DNA of 64,000 bases. Origin: Candidatus Nitromaritima sp. SCGC AAA288-L16. GTDB taxonomy: Bacteria > Nitrospinota > Nitrospinia > Nitrospinales > VA-1. The position numbers and the translations under genes are program-made. The stretch is from NCBI GenBank assembly GCA_000372225.1, contig AQTY01000001.1, positions 7,323 to 71,322 of the forward strand, written 5' to 3'. Shown here one piece after another: positions 9,101-18,186 of the stretch (within the stretch, counting starts at the first letter, position 1; each line of letters starts with the position of its first letter). The notes under the pieces are model-generated. The model did not search any database. It saw only the letters and a program-made list of their open reading frames with translations, and was not told where the DNA came from.

Positions 9101-9961
9101 ATGAAAATCATTGATGTCCTTAAACAAGATAAGCCTGCCTTTTCTTTTGAGTTTTTTCCGCCGAATGATAATGATGGTTTTGATAAGTTGTTCGAAACAA
9201 TTGACAATTTAAAACCTTTGAACCCAGCCTTTGTATCTGTTACTTATGGCGCTGGGGGAAGCACTCGCTCAAAAACAATCGGCTTGGTTGGTCGTATTAA
9301 AAAAGAAATTGGACTGGAAAGTATGGCACACCTGACCTGTGTGGGTCACAATTCCGATGAAATTTTGAATGTTCTTGGGGATATCAAGAAACAAAATGTA
9401 GATAATGTGTTGGCGCTTCGAGGAGATCCTCCGGCGGGAGAAACAAATTTTACAAAACCAAACAATGGATTTGGTTATGCAGTGGAACTGGTTCAGTTTA
9501 TATGTGAGCATTTTTCTTTTTGTATCGGTGTCGCAGGTTATCCTGAAGGACACCCAGAAAGTTCGAATCGCGAAGAAGACTTATTTCATCTTAAAAAGAA
9601 AGTTCTTGCAGGGGCTAGTTTTATAGTTACTCAATTGTTTTTTGATAATAAATACTATTTTGATTTTGTGACTAGCCTGAGAAAAATTGGAGTTGATGTG
9701 CCTGTGATTCCAGGGATTATGCCTATAGTGAATTTAAAGCAAATAAAGAGATTTACAAAAATGTGTGGCGCTACTATTCCGCATGACTTAATGGTACGTC
9801 TCGAAGAAGTTCAGGATGATCCGGAATCTGTTTGTCAAATAGGAATTGATCACGCAGCAAATCAATGTAGGAAACTATTAATGCAGGGTGCCCCAGGTAT
9901 TCATTTTTATACACTGAATCGTTCTAGGGCAACTCTATCCGTGCTTGAGCGTTTGGTATAG
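9101..9961 (+). CDS. metF: 5,10-methylenetetrahydrofolate reductase
   Basis: 286-aa ORF with FSFEFFPP, VSVTYGAGGS and ALRGDPP motifs. Confidence 0.9.
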   Translation: MKIIDVLKQDKPAFSFEFFPPNDNDGFDKLFETIDNLKPLNPAFVSVTYGAGGSTRSKTIGLVGRIKKEIGLESMAHLTCVGHNSDEILNVLGDIKKQNVDNVLALRGDPPAGETNFTKPNNGFGYAVELVQFICEHFSFCIGVAGYPEGHPESSNREEDLFHLKKKVLAGASFIVTQLFFDNKYYFDFVTSLRKIGVDVPVIPGIMPIVNLKQIKRFTKMCGATIPHDLMVRLEEVQDDPESVCQIGIDHAANQCRKLLMQGAPGIHFYTLNRSRATLSVLERLV

Positions 9962-9992
9962 CTGAAGCAACCTCCCACACTATAAATTTTTC

Positions 9993-10778
9993 GTGCGTAG
10001 TTTTATTCAATTCTTATTTATGATTGGCCTTATTCTGTTTATTGATATGGCTTTTTCTAAAAATATAGAATTAAGAAATACCACTGATGATATGGTTGTT
10101 ATCCCATCGGGTAAATTTAAAATGGGTTGTAACCAATTTGGTCCAATGCATGGCGCTCCGGAGCATTTGGTCCATCTAAACCAATTTATGATTGATCGTT
10201 TTGAAGTTACCAATAAAAGATTTGAAGAGATTATTCCTGATCATAAATTACGCCGTAGTAAATTATCAAGTTGTGATGAATGCCCGGTTACCAATGTGAG
10301 TTGGTATGAAGCAGTGGATTACTGCTACCTGACAGGAAAAACTCTTCCCACGGAAGCTCAGTGGGAAAAAGCCGCAGGAAACGGTGATGGTTGTGCGTTC
10401 CCATGGGGTTATGACTTTGATCCAATTAATAGCCAAGGAAGAGGGGGGCTTGATATGAAAGACAAGTCTGTTTTGGTTGGTAGTTATCCGCCAAACATGT
10501 ATGGAGTTTATGACATGGGTGGGAATGTTTGGGAATGGGTGAGTGACTGGATGGCCTTTGGTTATCAAGTATCACAAACACTAATTGATCCCAAAGGACC
10601 CTCTGAAGGTGTTATGAAGGTTCGCCGAGGTGGTGCCTATTCGGATCATGTTATAGCGATGGCAACTGGCTATCGTGACTGGAGTCATCCGTCATCCCGT
10701 TTTTTTAGTGATATCGGTTTTCGATGCACAATGAATGTCAAAGGAAAATTCCACAATGGTCTCACAACCCAAGATTGA
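9993..10778 (+). CDS. secreted FGE-sulfatase (SUMF1/EgtB/PvdO) fold protein, no catalytic Cys pair
   Basis: 261-aa ORF with a signal-like N-terminus. Motifs: FMIDRFEVTN, VSWYEAVDYC, LPTEAQWEKAA, GNVWEWVSDW, RRGGAY, GFRC. Confidence 0.85.
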   Translation: MRSFIQFLFMIGLILFIDMAFSKNIELRNTTDDMVVIPSGKFKMGCNQFGPMHGAPEHLVHLNQFMIDRFEVTNKRFEEIIPDHKLRRSKLSSCDECPVTNVSWYEAVDYCYLTGKTLPTEAQWEKAAGNGDGCAFPWGYDFDPINSQGRGGLDMKDKSVLVGSYPPNMYGVYDMGGNVWEWVSDWMAFGYQVSQTLIDPKGPSEGVMKVRRGGAYSDHVIAMATGYRDWSHPSSRFFSDIGFRCTMNVKGKFHNGLTTQD

Positions 10779-11490
10779 TTATATAAATAGGCTTATCGAC
10801 GAGTCTCTTTCAGAGGGAGATGACACCATTGAGCTCAAGGGGAAATTCATTGGGGATGAAGGAGTTGAGGCCTTAGTTCAATCGTCAGACCTTGCTAACA
10901 TTGAAGATTTAGATTTATCAAATAATAATATTACCTGGCGAGGCGCTGTTCAGCTTTTCAGATGTGATAAATTTAAAAATCTCAAACGTCTTTATTTAAA
11001 TGACAATAATATAGCCAACAAAGGGGCGCTTGCTTTAGTAGAAGCTTCGTTTCTAGGCGGGCTTTCAGTTTTAGATATTCATTTTAATGCTATAGAGGGC
11101 CTCGGAGGTATGGCCATAGCGAAATGTTCGAATTTCCAAAAATTACAAGTATTGAATTTTCAAGAAAATCAGGTAGGTGATGATACTTTGATAGCCATTG
11201 CAAAAAATCCGAGCTTTGGAAATATTAGAAAATTAAATTTCTATAGAACTGGTATTACTATTAAAGCAATAAAAATACTTGCTAGATCAAAAGTACTAAA
11301 AAAAGTTAAGCATCTAAACATTGGACGTAATTATCTACATCCAGATTCTGCCAAGGCACTCGCTGATACTAAAACATTAGTTAACGTGGAAACTTTACTT
11401 ATGATTGAGAATTATTTAGGGGATGATGGAGTAAAAAATATCATGGAATCAGAGTCTTTTGTGAAATTAAAAATGTTTCGAGTATTGTAA
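10735..11490 (+). CDS. leucine-rich repeat protein, ribonuclease-inhibitor (RI) type
   Basis: 251-aa ORF; the alternative start ATG 10756 is in frame. It has about 28-aa repeats of the form L..L.L..N.IGD.G...L. It overlaps the end of the preceding FGE-like gene. Confidence 0.8.
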   Translation: MSKENSTMVSQPKIDYINRLIDESLSEGDDTIELKGKFIGDEGVEALVQSSDLANIEDLDLSNNNITWRGAVQLFRCDKFKNLKRLYLNDNNIANKGALALVEASFLGGLSVLDIHFNAIEGLGGMAIAKCSNFQKLQVLNFQENQVGDDTLIAIAKNPSFGNIRKLNFYRTGITIKAIKILARSKVLKKVKHLNIGRNYLHPDSAKALADTKTLVNVETLLMIENYLGDDGVKNIMESESFVKLKMFRVL

Positions 11491-11504
11491 GGATATTAAG
11501 AATA

Positions 11505-11813
11505 ATGACGCATCCAATACTTGAGCCACTTGTTGCTCAACTCCCAGATAAGGCTACGTCTCGTAAATTAATTGAATTAGGAGGAGATTATGTGAGTATT
11601 TCAAATCAATTGGCTAGTGAAAGCAAGTGGTGTGGTCATCCTAATACAATGGATGGTGAAAGCAGGACTGGTATCTTGAATTTACAACAGAATGGATATC
11701 AAGAATGGCTTAAGGACGCAGAAGAAGAGGATTTTGTTCGAATGGTTGGAGTGTTGCAATTGTTATATGACACATGTTTGGCCTTGAAAGAAGATCAAGA
11801 GGAAGAAGACTAA
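11505..11813 (+). CDS. hypothetical protein with acidic C-terminus
   Basis: 102-aa ORF starting 14 nt after the LRR gene. It ends in KEDQEEED. No recognisable family. Confidence 0.5.
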   Translation: MTHPILEPLVAQLPDKATSRKLIELGGDYVSISNQLASESKWCGHPNTMDGESRTGILNLQQNGYQEWLKDAEEEDFVRMVGVLQLLYDTCLALKEDQEEED

Positions 11814-12206
11814 GAATACCGATTGTTAAGCCAAGGTTCACCTGTATTTGAATAACCACGCTTTTCGCAGTAACCTAGTTCATCATAATCCCTAAATTCA
11901 ATTTCACTAAATCGAGCAAGCTTTTCTTTTCCAGCAATCCTTTTTGGCTTTGTATTTTTGTTCTATTTAATAAAAATTTTAGTCAATATATTCTAAGTAT
12001 TTGTTTTTAAAGAATAATTTGTATTATTTATGGCTAACCGAATTAGATATTAAACATTCACAATAGAAACAAAAATATTTAAGACTCGATTTGGAGCGAT
12101 ATATTTCAATATTTCCCAGGAATGGAGAAATTGGATTTACGTTAAGTGCATTTCAGATAAAACCGTTAAGTGTATAGAAATAAATACTCATCAGGAACAC
12201 TTAATT

Positions 12207-14612
12207 ATGCACTTGAAGATTCTTAGCTACAATTGGCACGAACCATACCTATGCTTACTTTCTAAAATTGGACATACTTTTTTAATTATCGAACCAGAGA
12301 TTTCCGAAGGAAATTATAGACGCTGGGATAAAAATATGCGTCCTGTTCCTGACAATGTCATCTTGGTATCTGAAAAAGAAGCTATAACTCAATTAGATGA
12401 AGGGTTAATTGACCTTGTGATCGCACACAACATTAAGGATCTTGTGAATATTTATGAATACAGCCTGCCTAAAATTATTGTCTTTCACAATAAATTAAGT
12501 ACTGAAATTAAACTAGGTAACAATAAAGTAAATCGTGAGGACTACCTCAATAAGATCAATCCACTGCTGGTAAATGTTCAAAAAGTCTTTATCTCTGAAA
12601 GCAAGCGTCATGACTGGGGTATGACCGGAGATGTCATATTGCCTGGACTCGATGTAAATGATTATGGTGGGTATAGAGGAGATCTCTCATCAGTATTGCG
12701 TGTGGGTAATTTGATTAAAGAACGCGACCTTATGATGGGTTTCACCACAAGTGAGGCTATATTATCAGGTCTCCCTTCGATAACGCTTGGGCTAAATCCA
12801 AATATTCTTGGTGCCAGATTATCATCTGGTTTCGATGACTTATTAGAGCAGTACCGATTGCTACGTGTTTACCTCCATACAACGTCGAATGACTATGAAG
12901 ATGGATATAATTTATCTTTATTAGAGGCCATGGCAGTGGGTATGCCTGTCATTTCGATTTCAAATAAAACCTCTCCTATCACTAATGGAATAAATGGATA
13001 TATTTCTAACGATATTCAATATCTTAGAACCTGTGCAGTTAGCTTGCTAGACAACCGAAATCTAGCAAATTCTTTGGGACAAAAAGCAAGGGAAACTGTT
13101 CGGGAAAAATTTTCACAAATTAAATTTTTAAAACTTTGGGTACAGAGCATTGAAGCAGCAATTATTGAGTTTCTAGAGAATTCCCCAAAGGAATTATCAG
13201 GAGAGGGGGTAGAAATAATGACTCAGCAAGAAAACCCGTTAATGCCACAGTACTTTAGAAATATTCGGGATGATATTGTGTCATTAGTTCCAAGAGAGGC
13301 CAATGATATTCTTGAAATAGGGTGTGCTGCCGGCATGACAGGTAATAAGCTGAAGCAAAAACAGGGGGTTTATGTTGCTGGAGTTGAATTAGATCACAGG
13401 GCAGCAGTTGATGCAAAAAAAGTTCTTGATGATGTTATTGAAGGAAATATTGAAACTCTTGAGCTTCCATTTGAAGAAAAAAGATTTGACTGTATTTTAT
13501 TTGCGGATGTTCTGGAACATCTGGTTGATCCACTTGAAGTACTTAAAAAAACCAGAAAATTTTTAAAAACTAATGGCACGATCATAGCCAGTATTCCTAA
13601 TGTCCAATATTTAGGGTTAGTAAGCCAATTGGTAGAAGGCAACTGGACCTATCAAGATGAAGGTATTCTGGATCGTACTCATTTAAGATTTTTTACCTAT
13701 CATGAAATTATAAAGCTATTTGATGAGGCAGGTTACATCATCTCAAGTGTTAATGAAACATTAGACCCTCAATACAAAAATGCTGAGAGTCAAAAAACGA
13801 CATTAAATCTAGGACGCTTAAGTATTAGAGATCTTTCGCCTGATGAATTGAAGAAGTTTTTTGTATATCAATATAAAGTTACAGCAAGGTTAAAGTACGT
13901 AGTCTATGATGAAAAATTATTTTACGATACGAAGGAGAATCACATGGAAAATGTGTTTGAAAAAGGAAAATCATTAGAGAATAGTGGGGCATATAAAGAC
14001 GCAATTAATGCTTATGCTGAAGTTGATAGTTCTCAATCTGAATATGCTGAAGCTTTAGCGCGCATAGGTAATTGCTATATGCAGTTACAAAATATAGTGA
14101 GTGCTGAAAATTATTATCAAAAAAGTCTTACTATAGAACCACAAGGATATGTCGCATCTGTGGGTCTTGGTTTGTTGGAAGTTCAACTAAACAAATCGGA
14201 TGATGCCCTTAAAAGATTTACAGAGATAACTCAAAATTATCCGGATAGTGACAAGGCTTTTAGTGGTCTTGGAATTGCTTGCTCAAAGAAGAACAAAACC
14301 TCCAATGCTATGGATGCGTTTAGTCAAGCTTTGAAATTGAATGCTGAAAACAAACCGGCAATGAGTAATTTGCTGGCCCTATCTTATCAGAACAACCAAT
14401 TTGACAAAGTTGAACTAGCTATGAAACAGTACCTCGAAATTCATCCTAATAATGTAGATATTCTGCTTGGTCTTGCAGGTGTGCATTACAAATTAAACCG
14501 CTTTGAAGAGGCTCAAAATACTCTTTCCATTCTTTTGAAAATTAATCCAAACCATATAGATGCAAATAGTTTGCTTTGTAAAATAGAAGCTAAGATAGAA
14601 AAAGTTTGCTGA
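12207..14612 (+). CDS. three-domain protein: GT1/GT4-like glycosyltransferase + class I SAM methyltransferase + TPR repeats
   Basis: 801 aa. The GT C-terminal pattern is EDGYNLSLLEAMAVGMPVIS...NGINGY. Methyltransferase motif I is ILEIGCAAGMTG, followed by DCILFADVLEHLVDP. The C-terminal ~220 aa are TPR-like. Confidence 0.8.
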   Translation: MHLKILSYNWHEPYLCLLSKIGHTFLIIEPEISEGNYRRWDKNMRPVPDNVILVSEKEAITQLDEGLIDLVIAHNIKDLVNIYEYSLPKIIVFHNKLSTEIKLGNNKVNREDYLNKINPLLVNVQKVFISESKRHDWGMTGDVILPGLDVNDYGGYRGDLSSVLRVGNLIKERDLMMGFTTSEAILSGLPSITLGLNPNILGARLSSGFDDLLEQYRLLRVYLHTTSNDYEDGYNLSLLEAMAVGMPVISISNKTSPITNGINGYISNDIQYLRTCAVSLLDNRNLANSLGQKARETVREKFSQIKFLKLWVQSIEAAIIEFLENSPKELSGEGVEIMTQQENPLMPQYFRNIRDDIVSLVPREANDILEIGCAAGMTGNKLKQKQGVYVAGVELDHRAAVDAKKVLDDVIEGNIETLELPFEEKRFDCILFADVLEHLVDPLEVLKKTRKFLKTNGTIIASIPNVQYLGLVSQLVEGNWTYQDEGILDRTHLRFFTYHEIIKLFDEAGYIISSVNETLDPQYKNAESQKTTLNLGRLSIRDLSPDELKKFFVYQYKVTARLKYVVYDEKLFYDTKENHMENVFEKGKSLENSGAYKDAINAYAEVDSSQSEYAEALARIGNCYMQLQNIVSAENYYQKSLTIEPQGYVASVGLGLLEVQLNKSDDALKRFTEITQNYPDSDKAFSGLGIACSKKNKTSNAMDAFSQALKLNAENKPAMSNLLALSYQNNQFDKVELAMKQYLEIHPNNVDILLGLAGVHYKLNRFEEAQNTLSILLKINPNHIDANSLLCKIEAKIEKVC

Positions 14613-16435
14613 AAAAATATCAGGGTATTACTTTGGAATTGTTTAAAAAAAACTTAGAACTCTTGAGATCATCGCAGTCATATTTGGCGAGTAGGGTGGA
14701 GCGTGAGCCAAAGCAAAATTTTGTTTGCGTTTCAATGTCTATCGATGGAAATCCGATCCCTCAAATTGGATCTGTTTCACTTCACAGTAATTACTACCCT
14801 TTAAAAGAAGCAAAAGATGGATTATCTGAATATTGTTTAAGAGGTCAACAAACACCGGTGGTTTACGGTCTTGGATTTGGATATCATGTATTAGAAATAC
14901 TAAATAGATACAAGGATTCCAAGGTTTTTGTGATTGAACCTCTGATGTCAATTTTTCAGTCTTTCATGGAAAATGTGGACCTTGAACCATTTCTCCCTAA
15001 CACACAATTTATCGTTTCTACACCACCTCCAAAGATTGCCACCTCCAATCAAATAGAGAATTGGCTGAAATATGAACATCAAGCTTCAAAGCGTTTGTCC
15101 TATGATTATTTTTTAAGTCTTGATAAAGCAATTGAAACTTCTGATTACTTAAGTGCTAATCCTTTAAAGATACTTGTGGTAAATCCCTATTATGGGGGAT
15201 CGTTGCCCACAGCGAAGTACTGCGTGCGGGCACTTAATGAAATGGGACATCACGCGGAGTCAGTTGATTGTGATAAGTTTGCTGAAGGATTTTTTTCTAT
15301 AAAAAAAACAACACGAAATAAAATTAATGAAGAATCTTTATCCAACCAATTTGGGCACTTCATGGGTCAGTTTATTGCAGCAAAAGCTGCGGATTACCAG
15401 CCGGACCTGATTCTTGCCCTTGCTCAGGCGCCATTGACCCCCGAAGCAATTAAAAATTTAAAACGGCTTAATATTCCGATTGCTTTTTGGTTTATTGAAG
15501 ATTTTAGAACTCTTTCGTATTGGAAGGAAATAGCCTCCTGTTACGATTACTTCTTTACTATTCAGCAGGGAGAATTTTTTGATGAGTTGTTGTCACTCGG
15601 CGTGAATAATTTTTATTATTTAGCACAAGGATGTCTCCCGGAAGTACATCGAGAGATAAGCTTACCATGTGAGGATATAAATCAGTATTCGGCTGACGTC
15701 TCATTCATGGGTGCAGGTTATTATAACCGAGTCCAATCCTTTCCTCGTTTATTAAGTCATGACTTTAAAATATGGGGTACAGAATGGGCGCTGGAAACTG
15801 ATGTTGGGAGCCGTGTTCAAAATAATAATAAACGTGTGGATCCAGTTGATATAGTTAAAATTTATAATGCGGGGAAGATTAATTTAAACCTTCATTCCTC
15901 TACATTCCATAATGGTGTAAACCCTGTGGGTGATTTTGTTAATCCTAGAACTTTTGAAATTGCAGCTTGCGGTGGGTTTCAATTGGTTGATGAACGTTCT
16001 GAATTAGCTGAATTGATTGAACCCGGAACAGAAATAGCTACATTTAATTCAATCGATGATCTTTGCGAAAAGGTTGACTATTATTTGAAGCATGAGAATG
16101 AAGCAAAATCGATTGCTTATCAAGGAAGAGCAAGAGTCTTAAAAGAACATACGATTCAGCATCGAATGCATGAAATGCTAACACATATATTTACGGGTAA
16201 TTTAAATTTATTGAAGGAGCGTGTGAGTTCCCGGCATAGAGACCCTGTTAGCTATTACATAGACCATGTAGGTGATTCTAGTGCATTAGGAATATACCTT
16301 GATCAATTTCGTGGATCAAACGAATTTTCTATTAAGACAATGGTTAATCGTATTGCAGAAGGAGAAGGTAATTTAAGCCAGGAAGAATTACTTGTTCTTA
16401 TGACCGATCAAATAGTTAAATCCGAGGCAAAATAA
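14606..16435 (+). CDS. CgeB-family/DUF3880-type glycosyltransferase with Maf-like N-terminal region
   Basis: 609 aa. The C-terminal pattern NPRTFEIAACGGFQLVDERSELAELIEPGTEIATFNS...YYLKHENEAKSIAYQGRARVLKEHT is typical of CgeB-like Glyco_trans_1_2. The N-terminus (LFKKNLELL...LHSNYYPLKEA) resembles motility-accessory-factor leaders; this match is weak. It overlaps the upstream gene by 7 nt. Confidence 0.7.
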   Translation: MLKKYQGITLELFKKNLELLRSSQSYLASRVEREPKQNFVCVSMSIDGNPIPQIGSVSLHSNYYPLKEAKDGLSEYCLRGQQTPVVYGLGFGYHVLEILNRYKDSKVFVIEPLMSIFQSFMENVDLEPFLPNTQFIVSTPPPKIATSNQIENWLKYEHQASKRLSYDYFLSLDKAIETSDYLSANPLKILVVNPYYGGSLPTAKYCVRALNEMGHHAESVDCDKFAEGFFSIKKTTRNKINEESLSNQFGHFMGQFIAAKAADYQPDLILALAQAPLTPEAIKNLKRLNIPIAFWFIEDFRTLSYWKEIASCYDYFFTIQQGEFFDELLSLGVNNFYYLAQGCLPEVHREISLPCEDINQYSADVSFMGAGYYNRVQSFPRLLSHDFKIWGTEWALETDVGSRVQNNNKRVDPVDIVKIYNAGKINLNLHSSTFHNGVNPVGDFVNPRTFEIAACGGFQLVDERSELAELIEPGTEIATFNSIDDLCEKVDYYLKHENEAKSIAYQGRARVLKEHTIQHRMHEMLTHIFTGNLNLLKERVSSRHRDPVSYYIDHVGDSSALGIYLDQFRGSNEFSIKTMVNRIAEGEGNLSQEELLVLMTDQIVKSEAK

Positions 16436-18186
16436 TGATAGAAAATATCTTAATCCTTAATATGACTCGAATGGGGGATCTGGTTCAATCTACTTCGTCC
16501 ATTGCTGGGCTAAGAAAACAGTATCCTAATGCATGCATAACTCTCATGGTAACTAGTGCATTTGAGGAATTTTCAAAAAAAATTCCTTGCATAAATAAAA
16601 GAGTTGTTTTCGATATCAAGCAGTTTGTGGACAGAGTAGATAAAAAACAAATGCTATGGGTTGACGTTTATAAGTACTTAGAAAGTATTCTGAATGAATT
16701 AAAAGATAGAAATTACGATTTGCTTATTAATCTAAGTCATTCAAAATTGAGTGCATTTATGATTTCATATTTAAAGATCAAAAATATGCGTGGGTTTGGG
16801 TGTGATGCAAATGGAGACCGCGTAACTTTAAATCCCTGGATGCAATATTTTGGCATTGAGCCTTTCAATAGACAGTTAAACCCTTTTAATCTTGTGGAAA
16901 TTTTTACTCGTAGTGCTGGTGTTGCTCCCGAGGATAACCCTATTCGCTTATTGACCAAAAGTGATGGTATTGAGTCTATAACAAAATTTTTTGAGATAGA
17001 TGGTACCAATGGTGAGGAACTTCTGATTGGCATTCAGGCAGGGTCAAGTTTAGAGGGAAGGCGTTGGCCTCCTGAAAGTTTTACTATGATTGCCGATGGA
17101 TTAATTGAAAACCTTGGCGCTAAAATTATTTTGTTAGGAGTTGATTCCGAAAAGAAATTATCAGAGAAAATTATTTCACTTGCTAAGCATAAACATGGAA
17201 TAACTGATCTCACGGGGAAGACTAATGTTGATCAATTGACAGCATTAGTTTCAAGGTGTTCTTATCTAATTACAAACGATACAGGAACAATGCATGTGGC
17301 TGCTGCAGTAGGAACCACTATAATTGGATTATTTTTTGCACATGCCCATCCCTATGAAACGGCTCCTTATAGCGCCGGGCACCTTATATTTCAGGCTCGT
17401 ATTGCTTGCGCACCATGTAGTTATGGTGTTGAATGTAACAATGTTATATGCACCCGTAAAGTTTATCCGGAACACTTGCTAGCGATGATTCGATCTCATT
17501 TTATAGAAGGTTCATGGCGTGCAATTGATACTATCTCTGAACTGAGTGAAGTAAATATTCACGAAACTTACATAGGTGTGGATAGAAGATTACGGCTTCG
17601 TCCATTAGTCAAAAATTTTTTAACGCTTAATGATATTTTTCGTGAGATATATTCCGAGCATTGGATGAGATTCCTTGGGGTAGTGAAAGTGCAAGAATCA
17701 TTTCACTGCAATATTGGAACTCTATTATTGATAGATTATGACTGCAGTAATATTATTGATTTGTCTGGGCAAATCGATGTTAAATCTTGCGCTTTAAATG
17801 ATATTGAAAAAATTGCCTCTAGAGGTATTTGTTTGGCGAGTGAAATTACTTCTTTGTGTTCAGATGAAATATCAACACAAATTATTAGAATAAAGTCTTT
17901 ATCCGGGGAAATAGAATTGTTGGATAAAAGGATCAATCAAGTTGGTCTTATTCACCCAGAAGTCAAACCAATTACTGACATGTTTGCAAAAAGAAAAGAA
18001 AATTTTAAAGGAAATGATCCCATTCAACTATCTCAAGAAACTCGAAAATGTTATCAAATGCTACGCGAAGAAGGGAAATCTCTTGGTGGTCTATTGGCGT
18101 CAGTTTCCAAAGAGTTGAAAGCGGCTCATGTTGACACTTTTCATGCAGCAGTTAGCTCCATGAGTGTAGAAGTTCCTGGTAGATAA
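16435..18186 (+). CDS. glycosyltransferase family 9 (heptosyltransferase-like) with ~230-aa C-terminal extension
   Basis: 583 aa. GT9 patterns: ILILNMTRMGDLVQS, IGIQAGSS...RRWP, ITNDTGTMHVAAAVGT. Its start overlaps the upstream stop (TAATG). Confidence 0.8.
   Translation: MIENILILNMTRMGDLVQSTSSIAGLRKQYPNACITLMVTSAFEEFSKKIPCINKRVVFDIKQFVDRVDKKQMLWVDVYKYLESILNELKDRNYDLLINLSHSKLSAFMISYLKIKNMRGFGCDANGDRVTLNPWMQYFGIEPFNRQLNPFNLVEIFTRSAGVAPEDNPIRLLTKSDGIESITKFFEIDGTNGEELLIGIQAGSSLEGRRWPPESFTMIADGLIENLGAKIILLGVDSEKKLSEKIISLAKHKHGITDLTGKTNVDQLTALVSRCSYLITNDTGTMHVAAAVGTTIIGLFFAHAHPYETAPYSAGHLIFQARIACAPCSYGVECNNVICTRKVYPEHLLAMIRSHFIEGSWRAIDTISELSEVNIHETYIGVDRRLRLRPLVKNFLTLNDIFREIYSEHWMRFLGVVKVQESFHCNIGTLLLIDYDCSNIIDLSGQIDVKSCALNDIEKIASRGICLASEITSLCSDEISTQIIRIKSLSGEIELLDKRINQVGLIHPEVKPITDMFAKRKENFKGNDPIQLSQETRKCYQMLREEGKSLGGLLASVSKELKAAHVDTFHAAVSSMSVEVPGR

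Noticed and set aside
11810-11960. ~49-codon open frame on the minus strand in the 393-nt gap before the glycosyltransferase operon (...KPKRIAGKEKLARFSEIEFRDYDELGYCEKRGYSNTGEPWLNNRYS*)
   Set aside because: It has no ATG, GTG or TTG in frame after the upstream TAG, and I cannot assign it to any family. It could be a gene remnant, but the evidence is too thin to call.
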